DNA from: Candidatus Kapaibacterium sp.
GTDB taxonomy: Bacteria; Patescibacteriota; Patescibacteriia; UBA9934
Length of the DNA: 64,000 bases
Reading direction: 5' to 3'
NCBI GenBank assembly: GCA_044350705.1
Contig: JBILHA010000001.1
Span: 49,809 to 113,808 of the forward strand
Below are positions 57,655-64,000 of the stretch, piece by piece. The notes below the pieces were generated by a model. That model did not search any database and had not been told where the DNA came from. It saw only the letters and a program-made list of their open reading frames with translations. A program made the position numbers and the translations under genes. Numbering within the stretch: position 1 is the first letter of the stretch; every line of letters begins with the position of its first letter.

Positions 57655-58266
57655 GCGTCTGAGGACGGCTCGTACAATGCCTTGGATGTTGATGTCACCA
57701 TAGACATAGATAGGCTCCATGGTGCTGTTTGCGGGTTGGAGACGGATGCGACCCGGTTCTCGGTAGAAGCGTTTGAGGGTAGCATATGCGTTATCAAGGA
57801 GGGCGACGACGATATCTCCATTTTTTGGAGAAGGATTTCGTTCTACGATGACATAGTCTCCATCAAAGATGCCGTCTTCAATCATGGAGCGTCCTTTTAC
57901 TTTCAGCACATATGAGTTCATTGCATCGACTACAAAATCTGCAGGAACTCCAATGGCATCTCTTTCCTCAATTGCTTCAATAGGCTCTCCTGCGGTAATG
58001 AGTCCTGCGAGGGGGAGCATGACTGACATGGGGATGAGTTGTTCGGTTTCAACCACCTCGATAGACCGTGCGATGCCGTGTTCTCCTGTATTAATCACCC
58101 CCTTTTCGCAAAGGGCCTGGATGTGTTGATGTACGGTTGCGGGGGAAGAGAGGCCGAGTTGTGCGGCTATCTCTCGATATGAAGGGGTATAGCCATTCTC
58201 TTTTACGAAAACTTCAATAACCTCAAGCACTCGGCGTTGCTGTTTGGTAAGTGGAGGGAGAGACAT
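57649..58266 (-). CDS. lexA: SOS repressor LexA
   Basis: LTKQQ..PSYREIA wHTH, AG cleavage site (ITAGEP), catalytic Ser (GRSM) and Lys (TLKR). Confidence 0.96.
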   Translation of the reverse strand: MSLPPLTKQQRRVLEVIEVFVKENGYTPSYREIAAQLGLSSPATVHQHIQALCEKGVINTGEHGIARSIEVVETEQLIPMSVMLPLAGLITAGEPIEAIEERDAIGVPADFVVDAMNSYVLKVKGRSMIEDGIFDGDYVIVERNPSPKNGDIVVALLDNAYATLKRFYREPGRIRLQPANSTMEPIYVYGDINIQGIVRAVLRRF

Positions 58267-58281
58267 ATGCACGTAGTATAT

Positions 58282-58299
58282 ACGAACAAAATACGAACA
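58282..58299. promoter_or_regulatory. Putative LexA operator, direct repeat GAAC-N7-GAAC
   Basis: ACGAACA-AAAT-ACGAACA immediately upstream of the lexA -10 (TATACT on minus, 58275-80). Confidence 0.65.
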
Positions 58300-58364
58300 T
58301 CCACAGATTGTGGACAAGTTCAAAGGAAAACATTCTCGGTCTCCTTTACACTGCGACTCAATAT

Positions 58365-59396
58365 ATGAAAAAGGCGGTTGAGGCACCTCTTCTTGGACAT
58401 CCCGATAAAGTTTGTGATCTTTTGGTTGAGTCGATTGTTGATGAATATATTCGTCGTGATCCTTTTTCGCAACTTGATATTCAAGCGCTTGGTACCAATG
58501 GAATGGTTATGGTGGGGGGAGTAGTCGAGTCACAAGCTGATTTTGCGGTTATCGATATTGTTCGAGACGCGTACCGTACTGTTGGGTATGAAGATACTCC
58601 TGAATTTTTTGTAAATGTTGAAAAGCCTCGACCGGAACCTCGTCGGCAAACGAAGCGAGAAGGTGCGCAAGGTACTGCGATTTTATATGGGTATGCTACG
58701 AATAAGACGCGTGAAATGCTTCCTCCTGCGGTAGTGTATGCGCGCGCGATCGCTTCACGCATTGATGACCTCCGTTTTTCAGACCCCCGCTTTTCCTGGT
58801 TGCGTCCTGATGGAAAGGTGCAGCTGGTTATGGATGATGATCGTGTTTCTCATGTGACGGTTATTGCATCTCACCGTCAGGATATGGATGTACATCAGGT
58901 GCAGGGGTTACTTTTTGAACATGTCCTTGTCCCTATTCTTGGCTCTTCTGACGGGGTTCAATTATTTATTAATCCTGCCGGGGCATTCACTACAGGCGGT
59001 TTTTCTTTGAACGCAGGTGTTTCTGGCCGTAAGGTTCTCGCTGATTTATATGGAGGCCTTTTGCCGCACGGGGGCGTTTCTTTGGCGGGAAAGGATCCGC
59101 TTAAACCTGCGCGTGCTGGGACCTATATGGCTCGCTATGTTGCAAAACAGCTTGTTCAAGAAGGGGTTTCTGATCAGGTGTTAGTTCAGGTGGTGTACAC
59201 TGCGGGTCTTGCGACTCCATCATTCGTACAAGCGGTTACCAGTGCTGGAGAGGATGTTTCTGGACTTGTGCATGAGCGGTATGATTTTCGTCCTGAAGCC
59301 ATTGTAGAACGTTTCCATTTACGTCGCCCGGTATACGCGGGTATGCTCAGAAGTGGCAGCTTGGGTGTGAACGCCTTGCCGTGGGAAAGCGTTTAA
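58365..59396 (+). CDS. metK: Divergent S-adenosylmethionine synthetase homologue
   Basis: GHPDK, YGYAT, RPDGKVQ, INPAG, GRK..D.YGG, GKDP; several substrate residues altered. Confidence 0.85.
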   Translation: MKKAVEAPLLGHPDKVCDLLVESIVDEYIRRDPFSQLDIQALGTNGMVMVGGVVESQADFAVIDIVRDAYRTVGYEDTPEFFVNVEKPRPEPRRQTKREGAQGTAILYGYATNKTREMLPPAVVYARAIASRIDDLRFSDPRFSWLRPDGKVQLVMDDDRVSHVTVIASHRQDMDVHQVQGLLFEHVLVPILGSSDGVQLFINPAGAFTTGGFSLNAGVSGRKVLADLYGGLLPHGGVSLAGKDPLKPARAGTYMARYVAKQLVQEGVSDQVLVQVVYTAGLATPSFVQAVTSAGEDVSGLVHERYDFRPEAIVERFHLRRPVYAGMLRSGSLGVNALPWESV

Positions 59397-59424
59397 CCCT
59401 GCTATACTTCTTCTATCTTTGTAT

Positions 59425-60294
59425 ATGGAACATCCTTCTTTGCCCCCGACCCCCTCATCGTCTTCACTTTCACAGCCGGCGGATGCTCGCCAGGTTCTTT
59501 TGCCGGTTCTCGCAGGAATCGCACTTCTTGCTGTTGGAGTATTTGTCTATTTTCAATTTTTTTCTCAAGATCCAAAGAGCGCTTTTCACGAAGAGCCTTC
59601 AGGAGAGGTGCAGGAGGGCGCGGATGAAGCGTCTGAAAAAGACGCCGTATATCAGGCGGATTATGATGAAGGATATTCTGCGGGATATGCGGATGGCCGT
59701 TCAGTGAATGGTGAGTTCTATGATAGCTATGACGAGCCTGCTACGCTTGAGCGTCAAGACGGATATTTTGAAGGGTATTTCGCGGGTTTTCTTCGTGGCT
59801 GTGAAGAGGGTGACTTCGACTGTTCTGCGATAGAGAATTATCGCATTGATTATGATGCAGGATATGATGCGGGGTACCTTGATGGTTACGAGGAGTTTGG
59901 AACATTTTTTGATTCTTACGCTGAGCCATTAGAAGAGTATCGGCAGCGAGCCTATCTTACCGGATATTTTGATGGCTTTCTTGGAGGATGCGAGGATGGG
60001 GGATTTGATTGTTCTGAGGTACAAGCGCATCGAGATGTTTATGATGCGGCCTATGAGGTTGGATATGCGGATGGGGAATCTCCTTCCGCGGAATTTCTTG
60101 ATTCCTATGCAGAACCTCTTCGTGAAGATTTTTTAGGAAGTTACAACGAGGGCTATTTTGATGGTTTTCTGGACGGTTGTTATGAAGGTAATTTTGATTG
60201 TACCGAAGTTTCTCAGTATCGAGATCAGTTAGCGCAGGAAAATGCTGAAAATGCGAATAGTGCAGGGGAAGAGTCTGTACCTGAGGTACACTAG
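59425..60294 (+). CDS. Membrane-anchored acidic protein with three 63-aa Tyr/Gly repeats
   Basis: TM helix, then repeats starting at 59659, 59848 and 60037 (189-nt period). Confidence 0.85.
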   Translation: MEHPSLPPTPSSSSLSQPADARQVLLPVLAGIALLAVGVFVYFQFFSQDPKSAFHEEPSGEVQEGADEASEKDAVYQADYDEGYSAGYADGRSVNGEFYDSYDEPATLERQDGYFEGYFAGFLRGCEEGDFDCSAIENYRIDYDAGYDAGYLDGYEEFGTFFDSYAEPLEEYRQRAYLTGYFDGFLGGCEDGGFDCSEVQAHRDVYDAAYEVGYADGESPSAEFLDSYAEPLREDFLGSYNEGYFDGFLDGCYEGNFDCTEVSQYRDQLAQENAENANSAGEESVPEVH

Positions 60295-60298
60295 AGCC

Positions 60299-61018
60299 AT
60301 GAATATTGGAGGCATTTTTCTTACTGCATTTTGTGCCATTGCTGCGTCCCTTATCAGCATTCATTTTTTTATTGATCCTGAACCTGAAATGCGTAAGCTT
60401 GTAAGTGCGGATGGACAATTTTCTCTTGAAGGGAAGGTCTATGAGGCGCAATCCCTTTCTCTTCACCAGCAGCAGGTTGAGATAGTCTCTCCTCTTTTGG
60501 CTCCGCGATACACGCTTTCTCCGCAAGAGACGCGTTTTTCCGAACCCATTCTCGGTTCTTTTTCTTCTTCGGAAGGCGCTGATCAGTGGTATTTTTTTGA
60601 TGAACGAGGATTTTGGATACCGCTTGTTCAGCAAGAGGAAGGAGAAAGGGTGCGAGTTAAGGTTTCTTCAGCGGGTACATACGCTCCGGGAAAAGCTTTA
60701 TCGATCGAAGTTCCTACGTTTATTGATGTGGTAAGTGCGCTTCGTTCTCGTGTTCCTGAACATGCAGTCTCGTATGTCATTCGCTTAATAGCGCGTCCTC
60801 ATCAAGGCGCTCCAATTCTACTTTCAGATGCGGTGGAAAGAGGGGGGTGTGGTGGACTTCCCACGGTAAGTGAACAAACCGTAACGACGCAGGAAGAGCG
60901 CACCGTGCAGGTACTTGTTAATGACGTATTCTCCGAGACGACGTTTACTTTTTATATGGAGATTGGAGTTACTCCGAATGGTTGTCCTGAGGATATGCCT
61001 CTTCAGGTAATTTTGTAG
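60299..61018 (+). CDS. Membrane-anchored hypothetical protein
   Basis: N-terminal TM, SADG motif, beta-rich, operon-like packing. Confidence 0.75.
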   Translation: MNIGGIFLTAFCAIAASLISIHFFIDPEPEMRKLVSADGQFSLEGKVYEAQSLSLHQQQVEIVSPLLAPRYTLSPQETRFSEPILGSFSSSEGADQWYFFDERGFWIPLVQQEEGERVRVKVSSAGTYAPGKALSIEVPTFIDVVSALRSRVPEHAVSYVIRLIARPHQGAPILLSDAVERGGCGGLPTVSEQTVTTQEERTVQVLVNDVFSETTFTFYMEIGVTPNGCPEDMPLQVIL

Positions 61019-61051
61019 ATGTTATACTCATCACTGAATTATCTTTTTTCT

Positions 61052-61333
61052 ATGCCAGCTTCTTCTCGCAAAACCTCTTCTCGTAAAGCTCCCGCTTCTG
61101 TGCAACGTATTACGCGTGCAGCGGTTTATCCGGTAAAGCAAGCCCATGGCGGTGTTTGTCATAGCTGTAACGCCCTTCCTGCAGGAAGTATTGAAGTTGC
61201 TGCGATTCTTTTAGTGCTTGTTTTTTCTCTTTCTGCTGTTTTGTTTACTTCGGTCTACGCTACGAAGGTGCAAACATCTAAAGTGCAGGCGCTCGAAGCA
61301 CAGTTGTCCACTTATCAGCCCGAGCAAAAATAG
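61052..61333 (+). CDS. Small single-TM hypothetical protein with CxxC
   Basis: Basic N-terminus, CHSC, TM helix, short coiled coil. Confidence 0.7.
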   Translation: MPASSRKTSSRKAPASVQRITRAAVYPVKQAHGGVCHSCNALPAGSIEVAAILLVLVFSLSAVLFTSVYATKVQTSKVQALEAQLSTYQPEQK

Positions 61334-61335
61334 CT

Positions 61336-61962
61336 ATGCGAGGATTTTTTTCTCTTCTTTTTGTTGGAGGATGTCTTTTATTGGTAGGCGCTGGGTGTGC
61401 TGCGAGCCCCCTTGCTCTTACTCCCCGCGAGGAAGTATCATCTCCAGACGAAAATACAGAAATAACTCCTTCCGCACCTATGCCACAATGGTCATATCAG
61501 GGACAGCTTCCTCAGGAGAGAATTACAGGAAAGATCGCTCGCATTTCAACAAAATACGGAGATATTTCCATTCGTCTTTTTGCAGATACTGCTCCGCTTA
61601 CGGTTTCCAACTTTGTTTATCTCGCTGAGAGTGACTATTTCAATGGTCTTATTTTTCACCGACGTGAGGAAGGGTTCGTTATTCAGGGCGGAGATCCTCA
61701 GGGGAATGGAACTGGCGGCCCTGGGTATACGTTTGAGGATGAATTAAATGATGACTATACCTACAAGCGAGGTATTGTTGCTATGGCGAACCGTGGTCCT
61801 GATACGAACGGAAGCCAATTCTTTATCATGCTTGATGACGCTCCTCTTCCTAAAGCCTATTCCATCTTTGGTGAGGTTATCGAGGGTATGGAGGTTGTTG
61901 ATCAAATCCGTCGAGGAGATGTTATGACCGAAGTGACTATTGTTGCTGACGCCCAGGAATAG
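61336..61962 (+). CDS. Cyclophilin-type peptidyl-prolyl isomerase, probable lipoprotein
   Basis: GAGC lipobox-like, FHRREEGFVIQGGDP, AMANRGPDTNGSQFFI. Confidence 0.95.
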   Translation: MRGFFSLLFVGGCLLLVGAGCAASPLALTPREEVSSPDENTEITPSAPMPQWSYQGQLPQERITGKIARISTKYGDISIRLFADTAPLTVSNFVYLAESDYFNGLIFHRREEGFVIQGGDPQGNGTGGPGYTFEDELNDDYTYKRGIVAMANRGPDTNGSQFFIMLDDAPLPKAYSIFGEVIEGMEVVDQIRRGDVMTEVTIVADAQE

Positions 61963-61980
61963 GTCTGGTATCCTCTTGGC

Positions 61981-63375
61981 ATGGCCACGCATTTTACCAA
62001 GCACAGCTTTTATCGATACGCAAAGTGTCCTTCCTGGATTGGTCATGACGCTCGTCATGATCATCCAGAAGATGCTTTGCGTATTCGTTTGCAGGAAGAT
62101 GGTCTTCTTCCTGAAGTGGAGCGTTTGTTGTTGCAGCAGCGGGGGACGATGGTGGTAGAGGTTGTTGCGGATGATTTGGACGAAGCGATGCAGCAAACGC
62201 TTCGATATATGAAAGAAGGAGCGCAGACTATTTATCGTCCGGTGCTCATGATAGACCATGCGGTTGCGCGTCCTGATTTTTTAGAGCGAGTGCAGGGCGC
62301 TTCTTTCTTTGGGAGATATTATTATGTTGCGTGCGATATTAAGCGCTCCCGCTCTTTGAAGCCCGAGTACAAATTGCAGGGTTGCTTTTATGCTGATGTG
62401 TTAGAGATGATTCAGAAAACGAAGCCTGTACAGGGGTATGTCATGAATAGCAAGGGGCAGATTCACTCCTATCTTCTTGCGGAAGCTGAGGTGGAGTATC
62501 AGCTTTCCAAGGATACCATTCTTCGTATTCTCTCTGGAGAAAGTGAGCCGCATTTTCTCACGTCTGATTGCAAGCAGTCGCCCTGGTTTTCTGCTTGTAA
62601 AACTGAAGCGGTAGTCTGTGATGATATTTCTCGCATTAATCGTATTTGGCGGAGTGAGGCTGATATTCTACGTGGTGCAGGATTTGGTACCCTGAGCGCA
62701 TTTGCGCAAACTCATCCAGATCTTATTTTCGGGAAGATAGCTGGTATTTCTCAGGAGCGCCTTCGCTTTTTGCATATGCAGGCGCGCGCGCTTTTTACGG
62801 GTGAAGTTACGCTGGTGCGGCCTGTTGATCTCCCCCCTTCTCATCAATGTATTGTTATTGACGTTGAAAGTGATCCTCTTCGTGATTTGGATTATTTATT
62901 TGGTGTTTTAGTCGTAGAGGGGGATAAGGCTGAATATCATAGTTTTTTGGCGGAGCGTCCTGAAGATGAGCGGCAAGCATGGGAGCGTTTCATTGCGTTT
63001 ATTCGATCGTACGTTGGTTATCCTCTTTATCATTACGGATGGTCTGAACAGGATATTTTTCGTAGGCTTGGAGAGAAATATGGTACTGATCCCGAGGTGC
63101 GTTCTCTCCTTGCGGATCAGGGGGTAGATTTGCTGGTTTGCCTTCGAGATAGTGTGATTTTTCCTCTTTCCTTTTATTCTCTTAAAGATATTGCCCAGTA
63201 CCTAGGTTTTTCTTGGCGGCATGATGAAGCTTCCGGTCTTAATTCGGTTTTGTGGTATGAGCGTTGGCTTACTCAAGGAGATAAAACTGCGCTTCAAGAT
63301 GTCATGATGTATAACGAAGATGATGTTCGTGCTACGCTCCACGTCCTACGATGGGCTGAGCGGCAACGCGTATGA
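61981..63375 (+). CDS. TM0106-family RecB-like nuclease with C-terminal RNase H-like domain
   Basis: RPDFL...DIK PD-(D/E)xK core, DVESDP..YLFG, YSLKDIA, YNEDDVRAT. Confidence 0.88.
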   Translation: MATHFTKHSFYRYAKCPSWIGHDARHDHPEDALRIRLQEDGLLPEVERLLLQQRGTMVVEVVADDLDEAMQQTLRYMKEGAQTIYRPVLMIDHAVARPDFLERVQGASFFGRYYYVACDIKRSRSLKPEYKLQGCFYADVLEMIQKTKPVQGYVMNSKGQIHSYLLAEAEVEYQLSKDTILRILSGESEPHFLTSDCKQSPWFSACKTEAVVCDDISRINRIWRSEADILRGAGFGTLSAFAQTHPDLIFGKIAGISQERLRFLHMQARALFTGEVTLVRPVDLPPSHQCIVIDVESDPLRDLDYLFGVLVVEGDKAEYHSFLAERPEDERQAWERFIAFIRSYVGYPLYHYGWSEQDIFRRLGEKYGTDPEVRSLLADQGVDLLVCLRDSVIFPLSFYSLKDIAQYLGFSWRHDEASGLNSVLWYERWLTQGDKTALQDVMMYNEDDVRATLHVLRWAERQRV

Positions 63376-64000
63376 TGTTTTCTTTCGGCATTCCTAAAAA
63401 GAATATCCAGCCTCCTTCTTTTTCTTGGCGTCCTTTTATTGTTATGGGCGTCATGTTGTTTGCTGCCTTTGGTTTGAGAATTTATCAGTGGATACAAGGA
63501 CCGGAAGTTCCTACTGCTGATGTTCCTTCGGTGGCGTGGGAGGATGTGGGAGGTGGTACAAAGGGGGACGGGGAGAGTGTGCGTGCAAATGAGGAGAGCG
63601 AGACGGGTGATGAAGGTGGAGAGGGAAGTGGAGAGGGTGAGGTTCCGGTCGTCAGTGATGAACCTGTTGTAGCGCCAGAAGATACGCCTTCTTCTGCGGT
63701 GCTTCCCGAGGCCATTAATCTCGCGGTTCCTTTTACTTCTCAGGCTCCCCATGGTATTTGGGATGAATTTACTGAAGAGACTTGTGAGGAAGCTTCTTTT
63801 GCAATGGTCGCGGCCTATTATGCCGGTCTTCCTCGGGGAAACATGGATCCTGCCGCGGTTGAGACCGATCTACGTGCAATGGTGGCAAAGCAGGAAGAGC
63901 TCGGTTTTGGAGTGAGTATTTCTGTTGCACAATTTTCTACGTTTTCAGAGGCTTACAATGGCACCTCTGTGCGTGTAATAGAAGATCCTACCGTTGATGA
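63372..64000 (+). CDS. Peptidase C39-like domain protein (runs off 3' edge; absent from ORF track)
   Basis: Hand translation: TM helix, acidic linker, NLAVPFTSQAP.G.W....EETCEEAS. Confidence 0.82.
   Translation, partial: MMFSFGIPKKNIQPPSFSWRPFIVMGVMLFAAFGLRIYQWIQGPEVPTADVPSVAWEDVGGGTKGDGESVRANEESETGDEGGEGSGEGEVPVVSDEPVVAPEDTPSSAVLPEAINLAVPFTSQAPHGIWDEFTEETCEEASFAMVAAYYAGLPRGNMDPAAVETDLRAMVAKQEELGFGVSISVAQFSTFSEAYNGTSVRVIEDPTVD

Noticed and set aside
1-64000. Alternative genetic code (TGA read as Gly) as in some CPR lineages
   Set aside because: Conserved genes are full length under code 11, and TGA ends recO and the TM0106 gene at plausible positions

Overview
Gene-dense, mostly housekeeping 64-kb bacterial segment using the standard code. 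It is most consistent with a Patescibacteria/CPR genome (inferred from rpmD/L30 missing between rpsE and rplO, Shine-Dalgarno-free starts, a short Rel enzyme, ComEC/DprA and many orphan ORFs). It carries trxB, rarA, leuS, comEC, ndk, murA, the str/S10/spc ribosomal cluster through secY-adk-map, recO, a T-box-controlled asnS-aspS pair, scpAB, three tRNAs, parAB, rel, topA-dprA-pth-der, eno, lexA and a degenerate metK. I saw no CRISPR array, prophage or transposase. Main leads: (1) a complete promoter / leader peptide / antiterminator / terminator attenuator at 10.3-11.0 kb controlling a structured transcript with an orphan 73-aa ORF, convergent on an orphan nucleotidyltransferase; (2) a near-universal U(-1)AUG start context replacing SD; (3) a Planctomycete/myxobacterial-type EF-Tu in the native tuf position; (4) a MetK homologue that keeps phosphate-binding residues but has lost methionine-binding ones; (5) an intact Nudix domain inside LeuRS; (6) a direct-repeat LexA operator. 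All homology calls come from recalled motifs, not database searches.
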